Sequence record: PZ402305.1
Origin: a phage
Length of the DNA stretch: 64,000 bases
Strand: one strand, 5' to 3'
This document shows positions 19,136 to 28,436 of the stretch, piece by piece. Made by a program: the position numbers and the translations under genes. Under the pieces are notes generated by a model. That model searched no databases. It had not been told where the DNA came from and saw only the letters and a program-made list of their open reading frames with translations. Position 1 is the stretch's first letter. Each line of letters begins with the position of its first letter.

Positions 19136-19164
19136 AGTATAACACGATAGAGGCTTTATTGCAA
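19136..19164 (-). promoter_or_regulatory. sigma70-like promoter for SleB-like gene
   Basis: Minus strand TTGCAA-17 nt-TATACT. Confidence 0.5.
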
Positions 19165-19184
19165 GAGGGGGATTTCTCCCCCTC
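19165..19184 (-). terminator. hairpin after terD
   Basis: gagggggatttctccccctc perfect stem directly downstream (minus sense) of terD stop; no clear T-run. Confidence 0.4.
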
Positions 19185-19202
19185 AAAATCATTTGTTAAT
19201 TA

Positions 19203-19805
19203 TTATGGACATTCATACCATTCTTTTTTACCACCGAAGGCCATCACCACATCACAAATATCCAGACCAGCTTTGCCTACACCATATGCTTTCAGCTTCC
19301 ATTCCCCATCTTCACGAACCAAGGAAGCCACGTGGCAGATTGTGTTGCCAGCTACTTCAGGAGCCAGGAAGTCAAAATCCAGAATTTCCACATTGCGCTC
19401 GGAGTCGAAGATTTTAAGCATACCTTCAGAAGCATGACCAAAACGTTTCAGACCTGTATCATCATCAATGGTCAGAACAAAGGCAATCTCTTGTGCATCA
19501 GGAGAGATTTTAGCCAGAGTAATATCAATCTGCTCCATGCTGCCAGTTCCATCACGAACATCGTCACCAGCGAAGGTAGAACGTTCAGGATCAAACTTGT
19601 TAGCATAGCAAACCAGATGACGTGCAGACAGCATTTCAGGATTGCCAGCGGCATTGTGACGACAAACCAGTGCACTTACATCCAGATCCAGTTTAGAATC
19701 AGATTTCCAAGAGAATTCCAGGCGCAGTTCTTTCAGAGCCGGAGCAACCTTCTTCAGGGAAATTTTTTCGCTAGAGCCTTTTTTCAGGGAAATTTTATCA
19801 GTCAT
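19203..19805 (-). CDS. terD: TerD-family protein
   Basis: N-terminal ISLKK...ISLKK start and C-terminal EDGEWKLKAYGVGKAGLDICDVVMAFGG resemble the TerD domain (compare E. coli TerD ...NGEWKFRAVGQGYAGGL...); ~200 aa. Confidence 0.8.
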   Translation of the reverse strand: MTDKISLKKGSSEKISLKKVAPALKELRLEFSWKSDSKLDLDVSALVCRHNAAGNPEMLSARHLVCYANKFDPERSTFAGDDVRDGTGSMEQIDITLAKISPDAQEIAFVLTIDDDTGLKRFGHASEGMLKIFDSERNVEILDFDFLAPEVAGNTICHVASLVREDGEWKLKAYGVGKAGLDICDVVMAFGGKKEWYECP

Positions 19806-19820
19806 CTTTTGTCTCCTCTA

Positions 19821-20090
19821 TTATTTAAGTGTAATACCAGTTACAGTCAATTCTACTTCCAAAAGCTTAGATGTGTTTTGGATTGATACTAATTGTGCAT
19901 GATGGTTTAGTTCTACAGCAGAATAATCATTTTCCCCATCATCTACTTTTAAATAAACAATAATTTCACTAAGGTCTAAACCATTTTCGTCAAATGCATT
20001 TTCATAGACGAAAGTATCTCCTACATCCAAATCTTTAATAGTAAGGCATCGTTTATTTACTTTTTGCTCATCAATTTCGAAGTTTAACAC
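19821..20090 (-). CDS. hypothetical protein, paralog of 21112..21390
   Basis: Shares DLDVG(D/A)TF...GLD...V(E/D)L(T/E)VT(G/N)ITLK with the ORF upstream of the vWA gene. Confidence 0.5.
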   Translation of the reverse strand: MLNFEIDEQKVNKRCLTIKDLDVGDTFVYENAFDENGLDLSEIIVYLKVDDGENDYSAVELNHHAQLVSIQNTSKLLEVELTVTGITLK

Positions 20091-20319
20091 TTCTTCCTCC
20101 TAATGTTATCTCCGGTTTGTATATACGAAGAATTATAGCATTTTCATTTTCTTTGTCAACCCATTCTTCATAATCAGGCCATACATGAATCTCTACTCTA
20201 CTTACAATATCTTCCATTCGCACAGTCCCAATGAAATACTCTTTGAGACTGCGCATAATGAAAGCTTCTCTCTCACGCCAATAATTTTCTATGACTTGAG
20301 AGGCAAGCTCGTCGATCAT
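20071..20319 (-). CDS. hypothetical protein
   Basis: 82 aa ORF, overlaps neighbours by few nt. Confidence 0.45.
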   Translation of the reverse strand: MIDELASQVIENYWREREAFIMRSLKEYFIGTVRMEDIVSRVEIHVWPDYEEWVDKENENAIILRIYKPEITLGGRSVKLRN

Positions 20320-21110
20320 TTTTTAGCACCTACTTTAACAACCCACTCTCCGAACTCTTCAGATAAGAGTTTGTCATAAAGCTCTGAATCTGTCAAGTCT
20401 AAATCTTTAATGCCAATAAAACCAACATTATCATAAGCATTTGCCAGTTCTTTCAGGAAGCCAAACTTCTCATTACCAACGCCAACCATGAACCAATAAA
20501 TAGGTTTATTCTTATTCTCTTCGATAAGACGACGAACAGCACTAGGATCACCATTCTCACCATCAGTCTGGAAGAATACAACACCAGGGGTAACGTCAGA
20601 ACCTGGTTCAGATACAGCTACAACTTTTTCACGCTCTACAGACACTGTTTCAGTTTTACCAAGCAGACGATTAAAGAAGCCTTTCTTTGGAGCCTCCTCT
20701 TGTACCACTTGTTTAGTGGTAATATATTTAGTAACAGTGCCAAAATACTCATCGTAGATATCCGCCATTACAGGGGCGTAATTTGTTCCACCTCCGATAC
20801 GAACATTACGCATACATTTACCAACATAGTCATCGTAAACATCTGCTGTTGCTGGAGTAAGCTCTTGGGAACTCGTATTGAAGGCCCACATATCAATTTG
20901 TTGATTATCGTCGAACAGCATACCAAAAGGAAGCAGTTTACCTACAAAATCACTCACTACCCCACTAGAATATAGACCATGCATACTACCAGAAATATCT
21001 AGAGCACATGCTACACGAAGAACAATCTTACCTTCATTCAGGTTCTTATTCTTTTTCAGAGAGAAAGCAAGGTTTTCTTGACGTTTTTTCAGGCTGATTT
21101 TCTCGGACAT
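20316..21110 (-). CDS. vWA-domain protein with TerD-like N-terminus (TerY/TerF-like)
   Basis: N-terminal EKISLKK like TerD start; MIDAS motif ALDISGSMHG (DxSxS); sits in Ter-like module. Confidence 0.65.
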   Translation of the reverse strand: MSEKISLKKRQENLAFSLKKNKNLNEGKIVLRVACALDISGSMHGLYSSGVVSDFVGKLLPFGMLFDDNQQIDMWAFNTSSQELTPATADVYDDYVGKCMRNVRIGGGTNYAPVMADIYDEYFGTVTKYITTKQVVQEEAPKKGFFNRLLGKTETVSVEREKVVAVSEPGSDVTPGVVFFQTDGENGDPSAVRRLIEENKNKPIYWFMVGVGNEKFGFLKELANAYDNVGFIGIKDLDLTDSELYDKLLSEEFGEWVVKVGAKK

Positions 21111-21111
21111 A

Positions 21112-21390
21112 TTATTTCTCCTTCTTAAGTGTAATATTGGTAACTTCTAAATCTACTTCCACCATATTTGTATCTGGTGGGATGCAATGAGTATAGCCTC
21201 GTTGTGCTAGTGATCCATTAATACAGATCGCACTGTTTGTGGAATTTTTAATGAACACCAAGTTACGGTAGGTATCCAACCCTGCGTCTTCATAGGCATC
21301 ATAATACATGAATGTGGCCCCTACGTCAAGATCTTCGAAAGCAATAGGTAAATCCTGACTTTTTTCTTCTTGAATATTGAATCTAAACAC
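21112..21390 (-). CDS. hypothetical protein, paralog of 19821..20090
   Basis: ORF track 21112..21456 overlaps upstream gene; GTG at 21388-21390 with AGGAGG RBS gives length matching paralog. Confidence 0.4.
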   Translation of the reverse strand: MFRFNIQEEKSQDLPIAFEDLDVGATFMYYDAYEDAGLDTYRNLVFIKNSTNSAICINGSLAQRGYTHCIPPDTNMVEVDLEVTNITLKKEK

Positions 21391-21946
21391 GCATACCTCC
21401 TCTACCAATTTTGAAGCCCAAATCGTAAGCTTCCTTAGTGATCTTTTGTAACTCACTTATAGGAAGTGTTACAAGAGGATCATCTTCTTCAATTTCCATC
21501 TTGTCATCTTCTGTTTCAATGAGAGTATTATGCACTTTGTGATAAGGGTTGTCAACACGTTTAAACTTATTCTTTTCTGTGCTGAAAAAACAATCTGGAT
21601 CTTCTTCACCATCACCCCAACCTTGGTTAGGATCTCCGTCAGATTGTTCTGTAGGGATTTCACCTGTAAAGTACTCTTCCAGCACCATAGCGATACCGTC
21701 CCTTGGATTTGAGGAATGCATCAAATCACAAACCTTACTCCAATCCATAGCCCATTCGAACCGTTCACGAACGCCGTTTTCATCCTCCTTTCCAGAGAAA
21801 ACACAACCATAACTATCATAGTTGCCATACATCTCTTCAATAACAACACCGTCCTTCAAAAGAAAGAGATAACAAGGCGATCCGTCGAAAGAAGTAGAAA
21901 GGGCAGCTTTGCCCGATTCTTTGCACAAAAAGCTAAAACAACCCAT
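21383..21946 (-). CDS. hypothetical acidic protein
   Basis: 187 aa ORF. Confidence 0.5.
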   Translation of the reverse strand: MGCFSFLCKESGKAALSTSFDGSPCYLFLLKDGVVIEEMYGNYDSYGCVFSGKEDENGVRERFEWAMDWSKVCDLMHSSNPRDGIAMVLEEYFTGEIPTEQSDGDPNQGWGDGEEDPDCFFSTEKNKFKRVDNPYHKVHNTLIETEDDKMEIEEDDPLVTLPISELQKITKEAYDLGFKIGRGGMRV

Positions 21947-22149
21947 TACAAACCCTCCTTCAGATTATCAAGAGCTACAGTGGTTTCACAAAAGTCTCCA
22001 TAAGTTTTATGATGTTCCAGAAAAGCTTCGGGTCCACCCCAGTCATTATCTTGTGTATTCCAGCCATCAATAAAAGCATCTTCAATGATTGTGATCAGTT
22101 CTTGTCGGGTTAACTGGATAATATTAGGATCGTTATCGTAGTTAAACAT
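21946..22149 (-). CDS. hypothetical protein
   Basis: 67 aa ORF. Confidence 0.4.
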   Translation of the reverse strand: MFNYDNDPNIIQLTRQELITIIEDAFIDGWNTQDNDWGGPEAFLEHHKTYGDFCETTVALDNLKEGL

Positions 22150-22314
22150 CCTCTTCCTCCTCTAAAATATGGAACCCGTAATTACAATAGTCCTGAAAGG
22201 TTTCGTGCGCAAGATCTTCTATATCCTCTTGAGACATATCATCTTCAATTTCGATATCCACAACCTCATTGCATCCACACCAAGCAGTTTCAATATTCAC
22301 TCGTAATATTTTCA

Positions 22315-22509
22315 TTACTCCTCCTCATTGAAGTCAATATCTGCAAGGAGTTCGAATTTACGGAAGTTACGACAACCTTCATAAATATAACAATCACGAC
22401 AAACTGCTAGAACACTTGGGGGATATATGCCTCCCATCGGTGCGAATCGTTTTTCGTCATCATAACGGACACCAATGTCTTCATCAATTATATAGATACG
22501 GATTCTCAT
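22315..22509 (-). CDS. hypothetical protein
   Basis: 64 aa ORF, stop overlaps TelA-like start. Confidence 0.4.
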   Translation of the reverse strand: MRIRIYIIDEDIGVRYDDEKRFAPMGGIYPPSVLAVCRDCYIYEGCRNFRKFELLADIDFNEEE

Positions 22510-23618
22510 TTACCAAGCCCTCGTTTCACAGCAGCTACCATCCCGTCTTCCAGAGATTGAACTTCATTAATATAATCAACACGAGCAGCACGGGCTTCCG
22601 TATTGATGCGGTTAGTTTCTTCCAGCATCTTAACCAAGTTTTCCTGATCGTGACGCAGAGTTTCAATATCCAACACTTGACGGTTAGCCAGTGCTGCTGC
22701 TTCGATCTGATTCTGTGTGGCAAGATCGCTACCCAGTTTAATTGCCAGGTTAAATTCATCAAGAACGTTATTCTGCGTCTCTGCTGCTTTCATTTGACGT
22801 AAGCTCTCGATATACATTGAGAAGTTAGCAGAGTAAGCAGGAATAACATTATTTACTATGTTACGCGCAGATCGCATTAAGCTTGCAGAAACTTTTTGCA
22901 TACCTTGTACACGCGGTCCCATTTGGACACACAGTAGGCGCAATGCTTTTAAATCTGCAATACGAATCTCCAGAAGATCCAAAGTATCTCGGATCACTTG
23001 TCGCTGTTCTACTGCATCTTCTGGAAGAGCAGCCAAAGCTTGTTCTTCTTTTTCATAGGTTGCTGTTAGAAGCTGCATATCTCGGTTCAAACTTGCAGCA
23101 TATTGTCCAATAGCTTGATGTAGCTTTTCAAGATATACCAAGGAATCTTCTTCTTTGCGAATATCCATTTGAAGGTTCTTTACCAACTCTTCAATACGGT
23201 TATTAACATTATCAAACTCCCCAAACAGGTCTTCTTTCATACCCATAACTTTTTTAATGAGTTTAGTAATACCCTTGCTTTGTTTAATAGAGTTTGGATC
23301 AAGTTGTTTTGCCTGTTTAATCAAAGCTGTGAGTCGTTCACTCATCTGATCGCCTTGATTACTACGTTGATGTTTTAATACCTCGGCATTCAAGGAACGC
23401 AAGGTTGTTCCTGCCTCTGCCCCAATCTCTTCGATCTCTTGTCGGGTCATAGAAGGCAAAACTGGAACTTCTTGCGGTGCCGCTGGTGCATAAACAGGAC
23501 TGGCATCTAACACGCTTGGAGCGAATACAGATTTACTTGCATCTGTTGTTGCAGCAAATACGCTCATTTCAGGCTTCTTCTGACCACCAGTAGCTGCTTT
23601 TAAAAATGGACTTGTCAT
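22506..23618 (-). CDS. telA: TelA-like (toxic anion resistance) protein
   Basis: 370 aa, long predicted coiled-coil/helical protein of TelA-like size in neighbourhood of terC and terD; assignment by context and composition, no diagnostic motif verified. Confidence 0.45.
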   Translation of the reverse strand: MTSPFLKAATGGQKKPEMSVFAATTDASKSVFAPSVLDASPVYAPAAPQEVPVLPSMTRQEIEEIGAEAGTTLRSLNAEVLKHQRSNQGDQMSERLTALIKQAKQLDPNSIKQSKGITKLIKKVMGMKEDLFGEFDNVNNRIEELVKNLQMDIRKEEDSLVYLEKLHQAIGQYAASLNRDMQLLTATYEKEEQALAALPEDAVEQRQVIRDTLDLLEIRIADLKALRLLCVQMGPRVQGMQKVSASLMRSARNIVNNVIPAYSANFSMYIESLRQMKAAETQNNVLDEFNLAIKLGSDLATQNQIEAAALANRQVLDIETLRHDQENLVKMLEETNRINTEARAARVDYINEVQSLEDGMVAAVKRGLGK

Positions 23619-24205
23619 TCTTCATTCTCCTCTTCTGCATCTCTTATATATGGTGAAACACCGTACTCTTTAGCTACTTTAACCCAATCGTCCCATTTAT
23701 ACAACCATAATTTTCCTTCGGTCCCTTCTTTATCTGATTTCAACCACATATTAGGTTGCTTACCTGGGTACATGCGATTAGGTTTACGATTATAACCTCT
23801 AACACATCTTGTCGCAAACCTATCTACCAGAACAAGAACATATTTATACTCGTGGTTCAACGGCTCTTTGGAAGTGGCTTTAGGATTAGCCCCTAATTCT
23901 GCTGCCAGTTTTTGCCAATGAGCACCGTGCCTACTAAACTTACCCATACAACCATCAATAGCATGAGCAATTTCGTGCTTCATTGTATCCACGATCATAT
24001 CTCTTGTGGAGTTCTTATGCAAGTGCCAATTTACAACAACAATTTTATCTCGGTAGTTGCACCAACCGAAAGAGTTATTCACTTTGTTTCTAACACAAGC
24101 TTTATATCCTGCTTCACGTAACATGTTGTAGTAAACAGGAAAATCTTCTTTTATTTCCTGCATCACTTCCCACCACAAGAGTTGCAAGTCTCTCTCGGTA
24201 TGCAT
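23615..24205 (-). CDS. SprT-like zinc metalloprotease
   Basis: HEIAHAID...HGAHW (HExxH plus downstream His) as in SprT/WLM metalloproteases. Confidence 0.5.
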   Translation of the reverse strand: MHTERDLQLLWWEVMQEIKEDFPVYYNMLREAGYKACVRNKVNNSFGWCNYRDKIVVVNWHLHKNSTRDMIVDTMKHEIAHAIDGCMGKFSRHGAHWQKLAAELGANPKATSKEPLNHEYKYVLVLVDRFATRCVRGYNRKPNRMYPGKQPNMWLKSDKEGTEGKLWLYKWDDWVKVAKEYGVSPYIRDAEEENEE

Positions 24206-24208
24206 AAC

Positions 24209-24802
24209 TTACACCTTAAAAGTGAAATGCGTGGTCGTGGCTTCAAAATCAGGACCAGATAAACGTGCACTGAAATCTGAAATATTTGTAATTAAAAAGC
24301 TTTTATGCATACCTAACACAGCCACGCTTTCAATATCTTCTACTAACATTTCAATCATGTTAGAAACATGGCTGAACGTAGAGTTTTGTTTTTTGATGGT
24401 GTAGAAAGAAAGATTCCCACCTGCTGTATAAGATACCTCTTCAAAATCTTTAATCGTATATTGTGTGCCATCAGTAAAGAAAATGGTAGCTTTATTCGTA
24501 GCACGTTTCTTGTTTTTTGGTCCTTTTTTACGTTTACTGCGAGTAGGCAAACCGTTTGGGAACACCATAGCTACAAATTCTTCAGCAGAAACCTCCTTAC
24601 CGAAATCATAACCATAAGAGACAGCATCTATAAACTCGTCATCTTCATTTTTAAAATAATGGAAATAGGGCCAATTTGAAAGATTATCAAGCATCTTATG
24701 CTCGTCCACAGCAGAGAATGTATCCCTCAAAGCGCGTGTGATTTGCAAAGCATTAGGCAACCTTTTAACACCTACGATGGAAGTACGAATAGAAATTGTC
24801 AT
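24209..24802 (-). CDS. hypothetical protein
   Basis: 197 aa ORF. Confidence 0.5.
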   Translation of the reverse strand: MTISIRTSIVGVKRLPNALQITRALRDTFSAVDEHKMLDNLSNWPYFHYFKNEDDEFIDAVSYGYDFGKEVSAEEFVAMVFPNGLPTRSKRKKGPKNKKRATNKATIFFTDGTQYTIKDFEEVSYTAGGNLSFYTIKKQNSTFSHVSNMIEMLVEDIESVAVLGMHKSFLITNISDFSARLSGPDFEATTTHFTFKV

Positions 24803-24816
24803 TGTTTTTCTCCTTA

Positions 24817-25254
24817 TTAACGTCGCTTGCTACGAGATGAACTCTTTTTACTTAAAGGGCTATTGTAAGATTTACGAGTTGTATAGCTACTATTTGTTTT
24901 AAAAGTTTGTCTCGGCTTTTCATAAGTTTTTATCTCTGGCTTAGGCTTACCATAAAAATTAGTTTTCGGTTTAGGTGTGTTATAATGTTTATTAATAATC
25001 GTTCTGTTATCGTTATAATCCCCGCTGCTACGATTACTACCGCCACTCATCATATGCCCTAACAACATACCTGTAGCAAACTCACCAACACCGCTACTAC
25101 TAGAACCGCCACCATTGTTGATAATAGTTGTATCTCCGTCAGATCCTTGTTGAGCGTATTGTTGAGGAGGTTGTTGGTATTGTGCAGGATTTGTTTCATC
25201 CTCGCAAGCTGTTAAAAAGATACAGCCAATTAAAATCAGGGCTAGTTTTTTCAT
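24817..25254 (-). CDS. lipoprotein with Gly/Ser-rich low-complexity region
   Basis: ORF track start 25329; internal ATG at 25254 gives MKKLALILIGCIFLTAC (signal peptide plus lipobox LTAC). Confidence 0.5.
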   Translation of the reverse strand: MKKLALILIGCIFLTACEDETNPAQYQQPPQQYAQQGSDGDTTIINNGGGSSSSGVGEFATGMLLGHMMSGGSNRSSGDYNDNRTIINKHYNTPKPKTNFYGKPKPEIKTYEKPRQTFKTNSSYTTRKSYNSPLSKKSSSRSKRR

Positions 25255-25437
25255 ATTTGCTTTCCTCATTTTGACTATTAATACATCTGTGTTTGAAATC
25301 TCCAGAGAAGCAATAAAGTTGCTCTCCATCTCGGTATAAACTCACTTTACTGCCGTTGATTACGCTTGTCAATACAAAAATTACAACAAACAACCCTATT
25401 GCAAAACAAATATTTTCAAACACAATCAACAAGTATT

Positions 25438-25788
25438 TCATTTTAAAAATACCTCATCATCAGTTTCATTATCCCAGAAGAACAAATCCCAACCATTCGG
25501 ATCATTCCATTTGGCTGCTGGAGAAGTCCATATTTGTTCGATATCAATATTCAAAACTTCACCGTTTCGTTTTGAAACAGCTTTAGTTAATTCCCAACGA
25601 GATACAGGCTCTACTTCCCCTGAACCACTCCCACAACAAGCTACCACGTTAGGAGGCAAATTAATTGGATCTTTGGTCACGATCATAACGCTTACCCCAG
25701 GGTAAACTTTTGAAAGATAATCTAAAACGTAATCCACATCACCAGATAAATCCCAAACAAGTTCTTGAATTTCATCAAAATTATTCAT
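25438..25788 (-). CDS. hypothetical protein
   Basis: 116 aa ORF; preceded (minus sense) by terC terminator hairpin 25807-25824 (cUUCGg loop). Confidence 0.45.
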   Translation of the reverse strand: MNNFDEIQELVWDLSGDVDYVLDYLSKVYPGVSVMIVTKDPINLPPNVVACCGSGSGEVEPVSRWELTKAVSKRNGEVLNIDIEQIWTSPAAKWNDPNGWDLFFWDNETDDEVFLK

Positions 25789-25830
25789 AAGTCTCTCCTA
25801 TAAAATAGCCTCCCGAAGGAGGCTCATCTA

Positions 25831-26805
25831 TTAAACAGCAGCTTCTTCTTTTTCAGGGAAGATAAAGCTTGCAATAACACCAAGAGCTAATGTGCCTAGA
25901 ACAATCATCAGACTTACGTTAGGGGAAATATCATGCGGGAGGAATGACCACTTGGCATGAAGTGTTTCACCGAACGGGTGATACATAAGTTTAGCACCGA
26001 CAAATACCAGAACCACAGCAACAGCTTTCTCTAAGTGAACCAGATATTTCACAGCCACACTTAACACAAAGAAAAGTGCACGTAAACCAAGAACAGCCAT
26101 CAGCATTGCAGAATAAACTAGCAGAGGTTCTTGTGTCACACCGATCACAGCCGGAACTGAATCAAAAGAGAAGACAATATCTGTAAGCTCAATAACAAAC
26201 ACACAAAGAAGAGCAGGAGTTGCATATTTAATACCATTCTTAATGGTGATGAACTTTTCACCATCCAGTGCATTGTGCACAGGCAGAACTTTACCTACTA
26301 AACGAACAGCCCAATGCTTAGAGTAATCAATATCCTCTTCTTCGTCACCACCTTTGATGATAGCCACGGCAGACCAAGCTACAATCAAACCGAACAACAC
26401 TTGGACCGACCAATGAAGGTTAAACAAAGCGGTCCCTGCTGCAACAAAAATACCTCGGAAGACAATGGCTCCTGCAATTCCCCAAAGTAAAATCTTATGT
26501 TGGAGATGTGTGCTCTTAATTCCAAAGCTTGCAAAAATTGCCATGAACACCATCAGGTTATCTACAGAAAGACTCTTTTCCAACACATAGCCACTTAGGA
26601 AAAGCGCGGCAAACTCTTTACCATGTTCTACCCAAATGAATGCGTAATATCCTAAAGCTAAAGCAATCCAAAAAACAGACCAAAGCAAAGCAGATTTAAT
26701 TCCAATTTCTTTATTCTCTTTATGACCAAAGAAATCAATACCAATAGACAATGCTAAAATACCAACTAAAACAACTACATCAATAATGGGGAAACCAAGT
26801 TGCAT
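25831..26805 (-). CDS. terC: TerC-family integral membrane protein
   Basis: 324 aa multi-pass membrane protein; YVLEKSLSVDNLMVF segment typical of TerC/Alx family. Confidence 0.75.
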   Translation of the reverse strand: MQLGFPIIDVVVLVGILALSIGIDFFGHKENKEIGIKSALLWSVFWIALALGYYAFIWVEHGKEFAALFLSGYVLEKSLSVDNLMVFMAIFASFGIKSTHLQHKILLWGIAGAIVFRGIFVAAGTALFNLHWSVQVLFGLIVAWSAVAIIKGGDEEEDIDYSKHWAVRLVGKVLPVHNALDGEKFITIKNGIKYATPALLCVFVIELTDIVFSFDSVPAVIGVTQEPLLVYSAMLMAVLGLRALFFVLSVAVKYLVHLEKAVAVVLVFVGAKLMYHPFGETLHAKWSFLPHDISPNVSLMIVLGTLALGVIASFIFPEKEEAAV

Positions 26806-26824
26806 TATTTTCTCCTTTCTCTTT

Positions 26825-26883
26825 GCGGGGAACCACTCCCCGCCTCATGTGATACATCTTACTCTATTCTAAAACTTTGTCAA
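26825..26883 (-). promoter_or_regulatory. early-type promoter with 5' stem-loop driving terC
   Basis: Minus strand reads TTGACA-16 nt-TAAGAT-gtatcacat-GAGGCGGGGAGTGGTTCCCCGC stem-loop, then RBS and terC ATG; same architecture as the 48.8-59.2 kb early promoters. Confidence 0.65.
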
Positions 26884-26886
26884 CAC

Positions 26887-27108
26887 TTATTTTGAAGAAC
26901 TTGAGGAAAAGATCCCACGTAGTACAGCCATGATAAATGCCACACACACCACAGTCCAGAAGGTGACAGGAACAGTGATATCTGTGTGACCCATCATTTC
27001 AACAACGTAGTTATAAGCCAGCAGCAGAAGCCATGCTGGAATCATACTAATCAGAAAAGCAATAACAAACACAATAATCACTGCAAGAATACCTGCTAAA
27101 ACGTCCAT
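26887..27108 (-). CDS. small membrane protein (2 TM)
   Basis: 73 aa, two hydrophobic helices. Confidence 0.45.
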   Translation of the reverse strand: MDVLAGILAVIIVFVIAFLISMIPAWLLLLAYNYVVEMMGHTDITVPVTFWTVVCVAFIMAVLRGIFSSSSSK

Positions 27109-27121
27109 AATATTTCTCCTC

Positions 27122-27595
27122 TTAAAGTTTATAAATAGTCACATCGTGACCTGTTTTTACTAAAGTTTCTTCAATCATCACTTCAATGATAGCCCAATTA
27201 CCTCCTGCCAACCCTGCTCCAATCATAGGTAAGCCGATCTTACATTTTTGGTCACGGAGAAGCAAATCGTTAGCCATAGCTATTAGTGCATCGTAAAGTG
27301 CATCATAGTCCAACTGACGACCTTTAGCATTGTATCCGTAACGGTATTGCCCGTATAGATTATATACCAAAGGGTCTGATTGTTCGTCTGGCACCCCTAA
27401 ACTAAAACAACCTAGTTTACTTTGATCACCAGCCATTGTGTCTAAGTCTGCTGCATATGCGTAAGGAAATGCTTGTTTGATTTGTGGGGCAATACCTGCC
27501 CCCATATTACACATACAGTTGCAACAATGAGCAATAACAGTTACTTCACCTGCTTTAGCGGCATCAATAAGATTACCTGTTTTCATTTTAAGCAT
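27122..27595 (-). CDS. macro-domain-like protein (ADP-ribose binding/processing)
   Basis: Start moved to ATG at 27595 (RBS taaggag, avoids overlap); GNLIDAAKAG.VTVIAHCCNC...GAGIA aligns with macro motif GDIT...VIVNAAN...GGGV.GAI; C-terminal IGLPMIGAGLAGGNW like macro P-loop. Confidence 0.5.
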   Translation of the reverse strand: MLKMKTGNLIDAAKAGEVTVIAHCCNCMCNMGAGIAPQIKQAFPYAYAADLDTMAGDQSKLGCFSLGVPDEQSDPLVYNLYGQYRYGYNAKGRQLDYDALYDALIAMANDLLLRDQKCKIGLPMIGAGLAGGNWAIIEVMIEETLVKTGHDVTIYKL

Positions 27596-27608
27596 TTTTA
27601 GCTCCTTA

Positions 27609-28436
27609 TTACAGAATGTGTTGTTTTGTGTAACGATCCAAGAATTCAAAGTTTTCAGCATACTTTGAAATTCGGTTGTAACCTTCTCCCAAGCATCCAA
27701 AGAAAAGTTGCTCTACATAGTAATGTGGCAATTGGCTAAGAATGATTTTGAAGTCTTCATGATTTTGGCCCATAAGATACTTAATAGGACGAACAAGACA
27801 CTGTGCATCACGTTCTTCATTAATCATTTTAACAAACGCTTCTGGTGTATTAATGTAGTTAAAATTCAGTTTAGCTTCGGTATCTGCTTGATTACCTTCA
27901 TATTTTGCAAAATACAGGAAGTAAACATCATTTTTAACTTGATTTTCATTAAGGATCTCAATCAGTTTGTCTTCATGCGTTCCAGTGATATTTACATCAT
28001 CAATGAATACAAGCTTCTTATCACCCCAGAATTCTTTGTTACAGTAGAATGTATCCCCATCAATAAGTTTCTTACGACTAGCTTTATCCAAGAAACCATA
28101 ATCGTTGATATAGCTAACTTTACGATGAATAATGTCCAGTTCTGCTGAACGACCTTGATCATATTGTGCTTGCAACATATTAAAGTAATTAATAAAATGA
28201 TCTGTCATCATTGTTGCAGCATTATGCACATGGTTGTAAGGAGAAGGAATGATAACAAATTGTTCCCCAATATGTTTCATTGCCACTTGAGCAAAAAACT
28301 GAAGTGCCAATTCTTTACCCATACGACGCGCAGCTTGGTTACTACCAAATTTCAATTTTGAATAATCTTGGATATCAAAAGTAGCAGTTTCCAGGTCATC
28401 AAATTTATTTGCAAAAATTTGAGTTTGATTACGCAT
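27609..28436 (-). CDS. phosphoribosyltransferase (type I PRTase fold)
   Basis: KLVFIDDVNITGTHE matches PRPP-binding motif (hhhhDD..TGGT). Confidence 0.55.
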   Translation of the reverse strand: MRNQTQIFANKFDDLETATFDIQDYSKLKFGSNQAARRMGKELALQFFAQVAMKHIGEQFVIIPSPYNHVHNAATMMTDHFINYFNMLQAQYDQGRSAELDIIHRKVSYINDYGFLDKASRKKLIDGDTFYCNKEFWGDKKLVFIDDVNITGTHEDKLIEILNENQVKNDVYFLYFAKYEGNQADTEAKLNFNYINTPEAFVKMINEERDAQCLVRPIKYLMGQNHEDFKIILSQLPHYYVEQLFFGCLGEGYNRISKYAENFEFLDRYTKQHIL

